Below, piece after piece: positions 52,955-63,364 of a stretch of 64,000 nucleotides of DNA. Within the stretch, counting starts at the first letter, position 1; every line of letters starts with the position of its first letter. The position numbers and the translations under genes are program-made. The DNA is taken from positions 63,006 through 127,005 of IMG/VR virus record IMGVR_UViG_3300024581_003792; one strand, written 5' to 3'. The notes under the pieces are model-generated. The model was not told the origin of the DNA. It made no database searches and saw only the letters and a program-made list of their open reading frames with translations. The stretch is from a virus.

Positions 52955-53593
52955 ATGATAAGCCATAAACATAAATGCATATTCCTGCATATCCCGAAAG
53001 CGGCGGGCACATCAATCGAAAGGTTTTTGCGTGAAGTTGATATAGAGATACCTCAAAAAGTTTTAAGGAAGCGTGGTTTCTCAAGGTTCTTGAACGATCA
53101 TCTTGATTATTATGTTTTTTCTTTTGTTAGAAACCCGTATGACCGTTTCGTATCTGCATGGAAGTGGGGAGAATTACAATATCGAGTTCATCCAGATATA
53201 CCATTTCATCAAAAAAAGAGGTCGGTATCTTTTGAAGAATATGTTCAATTAACGATTGACGATGAATACAGAATGTTTAATAAAGATCTTTGGAGCGAGT
53301 ATGACGCTTATCATACTTTACCTCAGTTTGAATTTTTTCCCCAATTAAATGGCGGGCATTATTTTACTGACAAGATAAACCCTAAATTTACCTGCGATTT
53401 TATCGGGAGCTTCGAGAATCTAAACGAAGACTTTAATCAAGTCTGCAGAAGCATACATCTCGATACCTTAAAACTACCCCACGCATACAACTCAAAAACA
53501 TTTAAAGAAGACGCTATATGGACAGATGAGCTAAAAAGTAAAGTTCATAATTATTACAAAAAAGATTTTGAATTATTTAACTACAAAAAATGA
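52955..53593 (+). CDS. Sulfotransferase family 2
   Basis: HIPKAAGTS; FVRNPYDRFVS. Confidence 0.9.
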   Translation: MISHKHKCIFLHIPKAAGTSIERFLREVDIEIPQKVLRKRGFSRFLNDHLDYYVFSFVRNPYDRFVSAWKWGELQYRVHPDIPFHQKKRSVSFEEYVQLTIDDEYRMFNKDLWSEYDAYHTLPQFEFFPQLNGGHYFTDKINPKFTCDFIGSFENLNEDFNQVCRSIHLDTLKLPHAYNSKTFKEDAIWTDELKSKVHNYYKKDFELFNYKK

Positions 53594-54417
53594 AATATAT
53601 AAATATAGTTGACTTTTTATATAAATATAAAGATAGAGAAATTACATACGTTCCAAATCAAGGCAACGGAGGAGACAGTGTTATTGCTTTTGCTACTTTA
53701 CAGTTATTCGATAAATTAGGTTTAAAATATAAATTATCTAAAGACAAGAGATATAAAAACAAACTTTTATTTTTTGGCGGCGGTGGAAGCATGAATGGAA
53801 TGTGGTCTACGGGGATTAATTTCTTAAAAAAGAATCATAAAGATAACGAAATTGTCGTCTTGCCTCATTCTTATGCCCTTATAGGCAATAATCAAGACGA
53901 ACTAAAAAAAACATTAAGTTCACTAGGAGGTAATGTAACTCTTATAGCTAGAGAGTTAAAGTCATCAGAAGCGTTATCATTTTTTTCACATAAATCTAAT
54001 ATTCATTATGCTCATGATTTAGCTTTTAGCATAACCGATATTGACCAATATAAAAATGCTTCACATATTGATGTAGGTTACATGATGAGAACAGACGGAG
54101 AAGGTAGAAAAATTTGGGCTAAAAATTGCCCAGGACGAAATATAGATCTTTCAATTGAGCTACAGGTAAAACCAAGCTATTGGAATATTTTTGAAAGGGA
54201 TGGGGTTAATTACAGCAACCAAAGAATGTTTGAGCACGTAAGTCAATACAAAACAATTCACACAAATAGACTTCATGCTGCAATCGTAGGCGCTTTATGC
54301 GGGAACAATGTAAAATTCTATAGAAATACTTACTGGAAGAATACATCTATATATGATGGTTCATTCAAGCCCCTTGGTTATACTAACGTTGAATTCCTAG
54401 ACAAGCCAAATTGGTAA
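53590..54417 (+). CDS. Polysaccharide pyruvyltransferase family
   Basis: GNGGD..I, GGGG, LPHS, ARE..S, HDLAF, TNRLHAAI. Confidence 0.85.
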   Translation: MKYINIVDFLYKYKDREITYVPNQGNGGDSVIAFATLQLFDKLGLKYKLSKDKRYKNKLLFFGGGGSMNGMWSTGINFLKKNHKDNEIVVLPHSYALIGNNQDELKKTLSSLGGNVTLIARELKSSEALSFFSHKSNIHYAHDLAFSITDIDQYKNASHIDVGYMMRTDGEGRKIWAKNCPGRNIDLSIELQVKPSYWNIFERDGVNYSNQRMFEHVSQYKTIHTNRLHAAIVGALCGNNVKFYRNTYWKNTSIYDGSFKPLGYTNVEFLDKPNW

Positions 54418-54418
54418 T

Positions 54419-55165
54419 ATGAACCTCAAAATTATATCATTTTGCAATTATCCTTATCGAGAAATAGCCCTTAACTGGGTAAAACATCTTGAAGCTCTAG
54501 CTATAGATAACTATGAGGTATTATGTCTAGATCTTGAGTCCGATGAATATTTAAAATCTCATGACTGTAATTCAAGAGTACTAGATGAATTTAATGATGA
54601 CTGGATCTCTGGATGTAAACATACAATGCGTCGAACTTTTATATTCAAAAAGTATTTAGAGGATGGTATTGATATTATTCATTCAGATACCGATGCTCTT
54701 TGGCTAAAAAACCCAATACCTGAATTGATAGAATCCAACAATCAGGATATTATCGTTTCAACCGTTCGTCATAGCGGAGCATTTCCGCCAGAAGTTCGTG
54801 AAGCTTTCGGTTTTACCTGCTGCATGGGTTGGGTATTTTTTAGAAGCAACCAGAATACAATCAATTATTTGGATAAATTTTTGAATACTCGCGAGATTAA
54901 AGGTTCAGATCAGAAAAATTTTAATCAATTTCTATTGCATAATCAGCCGGCATCTCAACCTCATAAGATTGGCGATGAATTAACTATCGATAATGCCGCC
55001 GATCAAGACTATAATTATCAAGAGCTCTCCTTATTAGCACTAAGTAAGCCGCTAGTTAAACGCGGTCCAATAGAAGACGAAACATATGTCTGGCATCCAA
55101 ACACAAAAAAAGAAGCGGAATACAAAAAAGACTCATTCATTAAGGCTCGAAAATGGAAAATTTAA
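54419..55165 (+). CDS. Nucleotide-diphospho-sugar transferase (GT77-like)
   Basis: ALNWV, HSDTDALWLKNP, CMG, DQ..FN. Confidence 0.8.
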   Translation: MNLKIISFCNYPYREIALNWVKHLEALAIDNYEVLCLDLESDEYLKSHDCNSRVLDEFNDDWISGCKHTMRRTFIFKKYLEDGIDIIHSDTDALWLKNPIPELIESNNQDIIVSTVRHSGAFPPEVREAFGFTCCMGWVFFRSNQNTINYLDKFLNTREIKGSDQKNFNQFLLHNQPASQPHKIGDELTIDNAADQDYNYQELSLLALSKPLVKRGPIEDETYVWHPNTKKEAEYKKDSFIKARKWKI

Positions 55166-55623
55166 TATCACACCTTGAAGGCTCTAATAAGCATATCATC
55201 AATTTAGTAAAGCTTGATAGCGGTGAAGTAGTCAATTCAACAAGTAAATGGTTAAGTGATCGCTGGTTTTTGCGCGAAACAAACTTTGCAAAAGATTTAA
55301 TATGTGTAGAAATTAGCCCTTATAAAAGCAAAAAAGACTCAAATACATTTGTGGGCGAGAAATATTTGGGGCATAAAGTTTACAAATCTTTATCTAATTC
55401 TCCAACATCTATCGATTTTTTATCCATACTTGATCCTGATATTGCTCTTGAAGTTTTAGAGTCTATCGATTTTTTCAAGTATACAATTAAATATTTCTGT
55501 ATCGCCATCAATCCAGTAAAAACAAAAGACTTTAAGCAAAACAAAAAAGATATAGAGTTATTTATGAAGGATAAGGCTAAATTTGTAAAACAAAATAGAA
55601 CTGAGCTTTTGTATTCAAAATGA
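55153..55623 (+). CDS. Hypothetical protein resembling an FkbM methyltransferase C-terminal part
   Basis: IDFLSI.....EVLESIDF.KY.I..FCI. Confidence 0.35.
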   Translation: MENLISHLEGSNKHIINLVKLDSGEVVNSTSKWLSDRWFLRETNFAKDLICVEISPYKSKKDSNTFVGEKYLGHKVYKSLSNSPTSIDFLSILDPDIALEVLESIDFFKYTIKYFCIAINPVKTKDFKQNKKDIELFMKDKAKFVKQNRTELLYSK

Positions 55624-56510
55624 AAACTGCAATAGCTTCCACATTTTTTTTTAGAAAATCGATATACCATATAGAAGAATGGATACAACACCACTTAAAG
55701 TTTGGCGTTGATAAAATATTTTTATATGAATCAAGCGATTACAATCTTATAAAATCAGATGAAGATACCAAAAGACAAATCAATCTACCAGATTTAGAAT
55801 ACATAAAAGAAGAAGACGTTTGTGCTTTTTATTTAAAAATCAAAGAGAAATATCAATCCGAAGTAACTTTTCTCAGGCATAACCCAAAACTATCTTCGCA
55901 TTGTAATACCAAAATACACGATCCCTGGATTTACAATCAAATGAGTGGGTTATTTCATTTTAAAAACACTTTTTGCGATCAATTTGACTGGGCCTCAACT
56001 ATAGATCTAGACGAATATCTATATTCAAAAAACTTTAAATCATTAAAAGATGTCCTTGAAGAGTTTAATGCTTATGACTTTTGCATTATGAAATGGATAG
56101 CTCTCGAATCCTGCTTTCTAAATTTAAATACGCCAAATCTTAAGAAAACACAATGCTTAGAACCTCTGATTGATGTTTTAAATAAATACATATATAAAAC
56201 ATCTTGCAATAAATTTATTAATAATATTAGTTTACACCACCCTAAATTCATTAAAAAAAATAAATGTAAAATCATTAAAATGAACTTTGATGATTTAGGG
56301 TTTTTGCACTTCAAATTAAATGATTTATGTAAAAAATCAATAGAACATTGGTCTAATAAAAAATTCAACCTATCAGAATTTAATTTGCATTTTAAATATC
56401 ATAATATCATAGATTATGATGGTTTTATAGATCTTCCTAACAAGCAAGATATTTCTCAAAAAGAAAATTTGGAGGTTTTAAATTCTTTCGACTGGGACTA
56501 TATCGTGTAA
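55620..56510 (+). CDS. GT92/GT2_4-like glycosyltransferase
   Basis: IEEWIQHH...GVDKIFLY, W...IDLDEYL. Confidence 0.8.
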   Translation: MKTAIASTFFFRKSIYHIEEWIQHHLKFGVDKIFLYESSDYNLIKSDEDTKRQINLPDLEYIKEEDVCAFYLKIKEKYQSEVTFLRHNPKLSSHCNTKIHDPWIYNQMSGLFHFKNTFCDQFDWASTIDLDEYLYSKNFKSLKDVLEEFNAYDFCIMKWIALESCFLNLNTPNLKKTQCLEPLIDVLNKYIYKTSCNKFINNISLHHPKFIKKNKCKIIKMNFDDLGFLHFKLNDLCKKSIEHWSNKKFNLSEFNLHFKYHNIIDYDGFIDLPNKQDISQKENLEVLNSFDWDYIV

Positions 56511-56521
56511 CAATAACTACC

Positions 56522-58243
56522 ATGAAAAATATACAAATAAAAACAGGCGCAAACCTAAGCCGCTTACTTCAATCCACAGTAAACATACCTCAGGCATTTA
56601 CTGAGCTTGTTAAAAATTCAATTCAAAACTTTGCGACTTTTTGCAAAATAGATTTTGATCAATCAAGCGCCACTATCATCGATGACGGCCAAGGGTTTGA
56701 TCATTTTGAAGATGAAAACGGCATGACTGGATTTGAAAAATATTTTGTTTTCGGTAACTCTTATGATTTAACTGGCGGAAAAGGAGTCAAGCTTGGCCAA
56801 ATGGGGATCGGCGGCAAATTAGCCAACGATAAACTTTCGCATGAAACAGATATACATTGGACTATTGAAACAAAAAACAAACACGGAAAGTGTTTCTTGG
56901 TTGAATATAAACCTTCTGGGACTGAGTTTTTAAATGAATACTCCCCTTCCTTAACAGAGATTTCGCCAGAAGACTGCTCTATAGAAACTCGATCTGGCAC
57001 TAAAATCACAATAGTCACCCTTAAAGAAAACATTCAAAAAGATGGCTGGCCATCGGGGGCAATCAGTGGAGAGCTTTGCGCATTTTTTGGTTTCTTGTTA
57101 CCTCAACTAGAAAAAGAAGGAAAAAAGTTCAACATTTATCTTAATGGCAAAAGTTTGGATTTTTCATATAAACTTCCTGGCTCAAACATTCCCATTATCC
57201 GTCGCTCTTTTGATTATGACTATTATGGCGAAACAAAAACAGGAAACATTGAGTTTAGGCTTTCATTAATTTACAACCGAGCTTTGATTAAAAATCATCC
57301 ACTCAAAAATATCGATATTATTTCAAAAGTTAAGATTTGCCCTTTTCATTTATCAGATCAAGATATGATTGAATCTACACTCAGTTGGCTGGAGCATAAA
57401 AATGGAGAAGAGATAGAGAATAGAGATAAAATTCACAATGTATTCAATCAGTTAATTGGGTTTATTTCTTGCGATGAGTTATCCGAAATCATGGACAACA
57501 CTGGAATGCCCGCAAAAGATTTATCTCATCATGGTTTACGCAATGATCATCCAGTAACGATACCTTTTTACAATCGTGTTTATAAAGTGATAATTGAATG
57601 GGTCGTTGAATATATCAAGTTGAATCAAGAAGAAAAAATGAATATTCTTGATTCTTTAGCTAACGAAGTTTCAAGCATGCTGGCGGAATATTTTGAAGAT
57701 GAAGATTTTTCTGATCTTTGGGATGACGAAGAGGAAGAAGAAGACGACGAAGACTTAACAGAAGAAGAAATTCAGGAAGAAGAAGAACGAAAAGAATTAG
57801 AAAAATTTGCTGAATTCACTATCGACAAAGAATGGACTTTTGAGCCAGAACCAGAAGAACCTGAACCAGAAGAAGAAGAGGAAGAGGAGCCCAAGCCTGA
57901 AAATAACATTCCGCCTCTTTGGAATAAATTTAAAAACCAAAAGCTCAAACAATCCAAAAGATTAAGATATAAAATTATTGATTTCGGAGAAGAGCAAAAA
58001 AAGTTAATGTCCAAGGTGGATGATATCTCTGACTTTACAATATTAATCAATAATGGAAACCCAAAATTTCAAAGGCTTTATAAAGAAAACTCACCTTTTC
58101 TTTTATCGCTCCATATTTCTGAAATGTTAATTCGAGAAGTTTCTATGTATAGAAATCCATTAGCTAGACCCTCAGATATAGATGAAAGCATTAGTGATTT
58201 CTATGAAAACAAGTATTCTCAAATAAAAGAAAAGAGTGGATAA
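56522..58243 (+). CDS. GHKL (HATPase_c/MORC-like) ATPase with acidic linker
   Basis: ELVKNS, DDGQG, GQMGIGGK, GTKITI; Glu/Asp/Pro-rich tract at about 57690-57900. Confidence 0.85.
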   Translation: MKNIQIKTGANLSRLLQSTVNIPQAFTELVKNSIQNFATFCKIDFDQSSATIIDDGQGFDHFEDENGMTGFEKYFVFGNSYDLTGGKGVKLGQMGIGGKLANDKLSHETDIHWTIETKNKHGKCFLVEYKPSGTEFLNEYSPSLTEISPEDCSIETRSGTKITIVTLKENIQKDGWPSGAISGELCAFFGFLLPQLEKEGKKFNIYLNGKSLDFSYKLPGSNIPIIRRSFDYDYYGETKTGNIEFRLSLIYNRALIKNHPLKNIDIISKVKICPFHLSDQDMIESTLSWLEHKNGEEIENRDKIHNVFNQLIGFISCDELSEIMDNTGMPAKDLSHHGLRNDHPVTIPFYNRVYKVIIEWVVEYIKLNQEEKMNILDSLANEVSSMLAEYFEDEDFSDLWDDEEEEEDDEDLTEEEIQEEEERKELEKFAEFTIDKEWTFEPEPEEPEPEEEEEEEPKPENNIPPLWNKFKNQKLKQSKRLRYKIIDFGEEQKKLMSKVDDISDFTILINNGNPKFQRLYKENSPFLLSLHISEMLIREVSMYRNPLARPSDIDESISDFYENKYSQIKEKSG

Positions 58244-58260
58244 TTAACGCAAAAAACACC

Positions 58261-59025
58261 ATGAAGGTTATATATCTCATGGGAATATATGATCATTTCC
58301 CAAACTATTTCTTACACACCATACCTTCTGTATTGACTTACGCAGAATCTATTGGTGCGCAAGTTGTGTTCAAGCATCTACCCGACCAGAAGCTGCTAGA
58401 AAAAAATCAAAAAAAACTTGAACATTTAAATATTAAATACGAGCCGCTTACTCACAGAGATTACTGGGACACTTTTAGATTCAAAAAAGTTTTAGATAGG
58501 TGTTGGTATAAATTTTCGGTAATGCATGACTTCTATGAATCCCAATACGATAAAGCCTTAGTTCTGGACCTAGACATTTTAATTCACAAAAAATGCCCAA
58601 ATATATTTAAAAACATCAAAAACAATCTTATCATATCACAATGCGATAAACATTTAATCAGGGCGTATACCGGGGTTATTTTAAAGATTGCCAAAGAACG
58701 AAGAGACCAAAGCATGATTTCAAAATTAAAAAAATACCCCTTTTTGTTTAATGGTGGACTCTGCGGGTACGACAAAAAGTTCTTAAGCAAATTCATGAAA
58801 TATGTCATCCCTCCGGACACATCAATTAAATCTGTTGCAGATCAAGGTTTAATGACATACAAGCTACTTGAGTCAAATTTAAATTTTAAAATCTTACCCC
58901 CAAGCATTCACGCTAACCCGAACCTGGTAGACTTCTTGCCTATGTTTGCTCATTTTACTTGCGCAAGCCACAAGTCGGACATATCGCCATTCCTGGAAGC
59001 TAACCCTGACACTTACTTCCAATGA
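58261..59025 (+). CDS. GT-A glycosyltransferase (GT8/GT34-like)
   Basis: YDKALVLDLD, FNGG, DQG, FAHF. Confidence 0.75.
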   Translation: MKVIYLMGIYDHFPNYFLHTIPSVLTYAESIGAQVVFKHLPDQKLLEKNQKKLEHLNIKYEPLTHRDYWDTFRFKKVLDRCWYKFSVMHDFYESQYDKALVLDLDILIHKKCPNIFKNIKNNLIISQCDKHLIRAYTGVILKIAKERRDQSMISKLKKYPFLFNGGLCGYDKKFLSKFMKYVIPPDTSIKSVADQGLMTYKLLESNLNFKILPPSIHANPNLVDFLPMFAHFTCASHKSDISPFLEANPDTYFQ

Positions 59026-59963
59026 GTTCTTTTACTCCATACAGAATAATAGGTGAACCTAATTTATTTGACCTAAACTTCGAGGAAGACAGGTTCAGGT
59101 TTGGCCGAGTAGTAATAGAAAAACGTAATGGTAAATTAATTAATCATTACTATGACCACTCTCCATGGAAGTTTGGCGCTGCAAATCTTAAAGCTACAAG
59201 TTTTATAAAACAAATAGAAAGAGCGGACAATAGCCTTTCTTTGCCAGACTTCAAACCGCTTAAAATATATTTTATCGATGTACCACCTAAGGTTGAAATA
59301 ATAAACCAATCAAAAGAACCTATACTGTTTCAATCTTACATAGATAAGTCTGAGCCTCAATGCCCTAATAACTTAAAACGTCATCCCGAATTTACTTGCT
59401 GTCCCGATTTTACCTTCTGGGATTGGTGCGGCATGAAATATGATCAATACTTTAGTAAAATTCGCACCGCTGGAGAATCAAAACCAGCTTCTTCAAAAAT
59501 GTTTTGGCGTGGAACAAATTACCCAAAGCTTCGTGGTCCATTAGTTAATCTTAGTAAAAAGTATCCAGACTTAATTGATGCTCAATTCTCGAAACCCAAT
59601 AAAAATGATACTAATTTCATATCCCTGGAAGATGCTGTTGCTGGTTACTCTTATTTTATTGACCTACAAGCCTCTGGTTGGAGTCCAAGAGTTAAATATT
59701 TCCTTCAATCACGTCGTTTAACTTTTTTACAAGAACGCTTTCACAAAGCATACTATGAAAAAGATTTGGTTCCCATGGAGCACTACATACCGATTAAAAA
59801 AGATCTATCTGATCTTGTTGATAAAATTAATTGGGCAAACAGTAACCCCAAAGCAGTTGAAGAAATTATAGAAAACGCTTTCAATTTTAGTATACTAAAT
59901 TTTTCGATAGATGCTATAAACAAAAAGTGGCTAGAAGTAATAGAGTCTACACAAAGAGACTAA
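59022..59963 (+). CDS. GT90 (CAP10/POGLUT-like) glycosyltransferase
   Basis: PDFTFW.W, FWRG, R..L, WS.RVKY, L.P.EHYIP....SDL. Confidence 0.85.
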   Translation: MSSFTPYRIIGEPNLFDLNFEEDRFRFGRVVIEKRNGKLINHYYDHSPWKFGAANLKATSFIKQIERADNSLSLPDFKPLKIYFIDVPPKVEIINQSKEPILFQSYIDKSEPQCPNNLKRHPEFTCCPDFTFWDWCGMKYDQYFSKIRTAGESKPASSKMFWRGTNYPKLRGPLVNLSKKYPDLIDAQFSKPNKNDTNFISLEDAVAGYSYFIDLQASGWSPRVKYFLQSRRLTFLQERFHKAYYEKDLVPMEHYIPIKKDLSDLVDKINWANSNPKAVEEIIENAFNFSILNFSIDAINKKWLEVIESTQRD

Positions 59964-59974
59964 AACATTTTTCT

Positions 59975-60640
59975 ATGTACGATTTAATTATATTAACCAC
60001 GGCAATTGATAGACCTGATTTACACAATCAGACCTTGCGGCCATTTTTTAATATGCTTGAAAAACAGGAGATTGATCACAAGTGGATTGTTAATTTAGAT
60101 TCTCCATTTAATAAAAGAGAAGCATCATTAAATAATCTTAAAACGTTTAATTATAGCTACCATGGTCACGATATACATATGTCAAGTAAGGCATGCTTTT
60201 ACTCAGCAGCAAAGCATGTTATAACTGCTGCATACGATGATCTAGTTGATCTTGATGGATATGTAATGTGGCTGGAGGATGACTGGGATTTACTTATTCC
60301 ATTTAACATGCGAGAATTAATAGATAGCGATTATGAATATATTGGCTTTCATTTTCATCACTTTTTTGAATTTTCGTTTAACCCAACTATGTGGCGTAAA
60401 GAGTTCTTTGTTGAAAATGTATATGAACCTTTTGTAGCTTCAGAAGAATCTATTGATCCGGAGCAGTTACTAATTAATTACCATAAACAAACGAGAGCTA
60501 AAGATCCTAATCACTTAAAAAATGTTAATCGAATTAATTTTAACGGTGTATTTCAAGATGCTGGCAGAAAATGGGGCGAGCAATATAATTTAAAAAAATG
60601 GAATAAAAACAAAACAGGAGGAAGCATTAGTTATGCCTAA
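59975..60640 (+). CDS. GT-A-like glycosyltransferase
   Basis: LTTAIDRP, VMWLEDDW, SFNPTMW. Confidence 0.6.
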   Translation: MYDLIILTTAIDRPDLHNQTLRPFFNMLEKQEIDHKWIVNLDSPFNKREASLNNLKTFNYSYHGHDIHMSSKACFYSAAKHVITAAYDDLVDLDGYVMWLEDDWDLLIPFNMRELIDSDYEYIGFHFHHFFEFSFNPTMWRKEFFVENVYEPFVASEESIDPEQLLINYHKQTRAKDPNHLKNVNRINFNGVFQDAGRKWGEQYNLKKWNKNKTGGSISYA

Positions 60641-61364
60641 AGCCTCCATAATATTATCTTCTTATAATAACTTATCCTCGCTTGAGTTAAGCATTGAAAG
60701 CTTAAAACACCAAACAGAAAAGAATTTTGAAATTGTTATAGCTGATGACGGATCAACAGATGGTACAGTAGAATATTTAAACAAGGAAGGTATTAAATAT
60801 TTTAGCCGCCCAAACGAAGGTTATAGACTTGCGTATATATGGAATAGGGGTGCAGAATTAGCATCTGGAGATAGATTTATTTTTGGCAATGCGGATATCA
60901 TATCTCATCCCAAAAGAATTGAAGAGCATTTATTATGCGGCAATAATTTAGTTGCTGGAATTTATCCATCAATACCTATTGATTATGTGCATATCATAAC
61001 CAAACATAAGATAAAATATGATTTTTGGTCGATAGATTTAATAGCTACAGAAGATAGAAGAAAAGATTATATTTCAGGCATCAAAAAACCTAAATTAAAT
61101 CATGGCAAAAAAATACCGCCGCGATATATGTATGGAGGAAACTGGTCTTGCCCCGCTAATGTCTTCAAAAAACTTGATGGACTTGACGAAGGATTTAAGG
61201 GTTGGGGCGGCGAAGATTTTGACTTTGCCAGAAGAGCTCAGCTAGATGGGCATGATATTATATTTAATCAAAATTGCATTGGTTATCACTTGGATCATGA
61301 GACTGTGAATAGAGATGAGACGCGCTCAATAGGTAAAGGTTACTTTGAAAAAAAATGGTCATGA
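60633..61364 (+). CDS. GT2 glycosyltransferase with GT7-like C-terminus
   Basis: IADDGSTD, WNRG, GLDEGFKGWGGED. Confidence 0.9.
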   Translation: MPKASIILSSYNNLSSLELSIESLKHQTEKNFEIVIADDGSTDGTVEYLNKEGIKYFSRPNEGYRLAYIWNRGAELASGDRFIFGNADIISHPKRIEEHLLCGNNLVAGIYPSIPIDYVHIITKHKIKYDFWSIDLIATEDRRKDYISGIKKPKLNHGKKIPPRYMYGGNWSCPANVFKKLDGLDEGFKGWGGEDFDFARRAQLDGHDIIFNQNCIGYHLDHETVNRDETRSIGKGYFEKKWS

Positions 61365-62152
61365 AGCCCAAGATAATAGATGCCTTCATGTTTAATAATG
61401 AGCTTGATATACTTAATTTCAGGCTACATGAATTAAACGATCATGTAGATAAGTTTGTTATATATGAAAACTCATGGACTTTTAGCGGTAACAAGAAGCT
61501 ATTTTACTTTGAAGAAAACAAGGAAAGATTTTCTAAATTTTCTAATAAGATAGTTCACATAAAAAGTAATACTCGGGGCAAAGACAACTGGAAAAGAGAA
61601 TACGCTCAAAGGTATGAGGTCTTAACTAAAGGCGTGTCTTCTCTTAATTTAGATGATGGAGATATTGTATCGTTCTGTGATTTGGATGAAATTATAGACC
61701 CTAAATTAATCTTAAATTACAAAGAAGAGTTGCCCCAAGATACCCCACTTTTAGTTTGCCCTCATTGGTTTAATGTATCGTGGGATTGTTATCTTGGTGC
61801 ATGGGATCATTATAGTATCATATTCTCTTATTGGCGCGAGATTAAAAAAAGAATGAACCGATGGAAGGGTATGCAATGTGGCTGGCGTTGGGACCACCCT
61901 AAATTCCCTAAACCAATTAGGCGGCAAGAATTATCTGGCTGGCATGCATCTTGGTTTATGAAGCCTGAAGATTTAATCGTTAAACTACAAAGCTTTGCTC
62001 ATAACGGAGAAGAATGGGTTGACGAATTATTACAAAACATTGATATCGTCAAGGATAGGATTGAATTAGGCCTTGATATTCAAGGCAAAAAAAAATCAAA
62101 AAACTTCAATGAAGGCTATCCAGTCTACAAAGACTATATTACCTATGAATAA
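61361..62152 (+). CDS. GT17 (MGAT3-like) GlcNAc transferase
   Basis: FNNELDIL..RL.EL...VD.FVI.E...TFSG..K, DLDEI, GWH.SW, KLQSFAH. Confidence 0.88.
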   Translation: MKPKIIDAFMFNNELDILNFRLHELNDHVDKFVIYENSWTFSGNKKLFYFEENKERFSKFSNKIVHIKSNTRGKDNWKREYAQRYEVLTKGVSSLNLDDGDIVSFCDLDEIIDPKLILNYKEELPQDTPLLVCPHWFNVSWDCYLGAWDHYSIIFSYWREIKKRMNRWKGMQCGWRWDHPKFPKPIRRQELSGWHASWFMKPEDLIVKLQSFAHNGEEWVDELLQNIDIVKDRIELGLDIQGKKKSKNFNEGYPVYKDYITYE

Positions 62153-62774
62153 TTTAAAATTAATTTCTGTAATTAGTTCGGGCGACGATAAATACAAGCC
62201 TATTCATGATAATTTTTGCGCTAATATATCATCTTTTGATTCAATTATTTCTAAGGTTGAGGTCATAAATGTTGACGCAAAATCTGGCGACTGGCAAAGC
62301 CAAGGTTTCCTCGATACTGTATATAAAAAATTGGACTTTACCCATCAATTATTAAAACAAGGTTATACTGTTTTTTGCACAGATTTAGATATCTTTTACT
62401 TGAAAGATCCGATAAAGTATATGTATAAGCTACTTAATGATTTTGATATTGTCGGGCAGAATGATTTCGGTAGACTTTGTACAGGTTTTTATATGGTGAA
62501 ACCTTCTGATTTAACGATAGATCTTTTTGATACGAGCGAGAAACTCGTATTAGACGGTGAGCAAAGTGATCAAAATTACATTCACGCTAAATTACAATCA
62601 GATAAATATTCTGATTTAAAAGTTCATAAGCTTGATCGAGATAATTTTCCTAATGGCTATCGCTGGTATAAATGGCATAAAAGATTAAATCCATCTATCG
62701 TTCACTATAATAGTATAGACTCTATACAAGGAAAGATAGATAAAATGAAACAATTTAATCATTGGTTAGTATGA
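62145..62774 (+). CDS. Nucleotide-diphospho-sugar transferase (GT77-like)
   Basis: TDLDIFYLKDP, CTGF, DQ, FPNG, VHYN....K. Confidence 0.8.
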   Translation: MNNLKLISVISSGDDKYKPIHDNFCANISSFDSIISKVEVINVDAKSGDWQSQGFLDTVYKKLDFTHQLLKQGYTVFCTDLDIFYLKDPIKYMYKLLNDFDIVGQNDFGRLCTGFYMVKPSDLTIDLFDTSEKLVLDGEQSDQNYIHAKLQSDKYSDLKVHKLDRDNFPNGYRWYKWHKRLNPSIVHYNSIDSIQGKIDKMKQFNHWLV

Positions 62775-63364
62775 TATCTTTTGACAGAAATATAATCTTT
62801 ATCCATAACCAAAAATGCGGAGGAACTTCTATTGAAAAAAGTTTTTTTACGAGAGAAGAATATGAGTTTCATTACAAAAATGATAAAATCTTTGGTAAAC
62901 TATACCACTCAGGTATATCAAGCTATATAGAAGAATATAGCTTTGACCTTGTAAAAAAATGCACAATATTTTCATCTACCAGAAACCCGTGGTCTCGAAT
63001 TATTTCTTTTATTTTTTGGAGGGCCAAATTCAAGGGGATTGAAATAAACAATTTTACAAAAGATTTTTTCCTATCAGAACTTTACGACCCAGAGCAAGGC
63101 ATGCCTCTCGCTACTTTAAAATCTTGCATTGGCAATAATATTAGCCCAGAACTCAACACGCCCAAATCGAATATCTTAAAAATTGAAAATATAACAAATG
63201 AGCTAAGTGAGTTTTGCGAGCGAAACAATTTTAGTTATCAACCTGTTAGCACTTTAAATACTTCGAATCATCTCGATTACCGGCATTACTACGACAAAGA
63301 AACCAGGGATATTATTGGCGATTTATTTTCAGATGATATTGATTTTTTTAACTATGATTTTTGA
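62771..63364 (+). CDS. Sulfotransferase family 2
   Basis: FIHNQKCGGTS, RNPWSRIIS. Confidence 0.85.
   Translation: MISFDRNIIFIHNQKCGGTSIEKSFFTREEYEFHYKNDKIFGKLYHSGISSYIEEYSFDLVKKCTIFSSTRNPWSRIISFIFWRAKFKGIEINNFTKDFFLSELYDPEQGMPLATLKSCIGNNISPELNTPKSNILKIENITNELSEFCERNNFSYQPVSTLNTSNHLDYRHYYDKETRDIIGDLFSDDIDFFNYDF

Noticed and set aside
52067-53593. Stop-codon reassignment or readthrough suggested by in-frame abutting ORFs (52954/52955 and 11437/11438)
   Set aside because: Each downstream ORF has its own ATG and appears complete. All three stop codons end genes elsewhere, and long ORFs are intact under code 11.
57690-57900. GAA-rich tract as a DNA repeat element
   Set aside because: It simply encodes the acidic linker of the ATPase.
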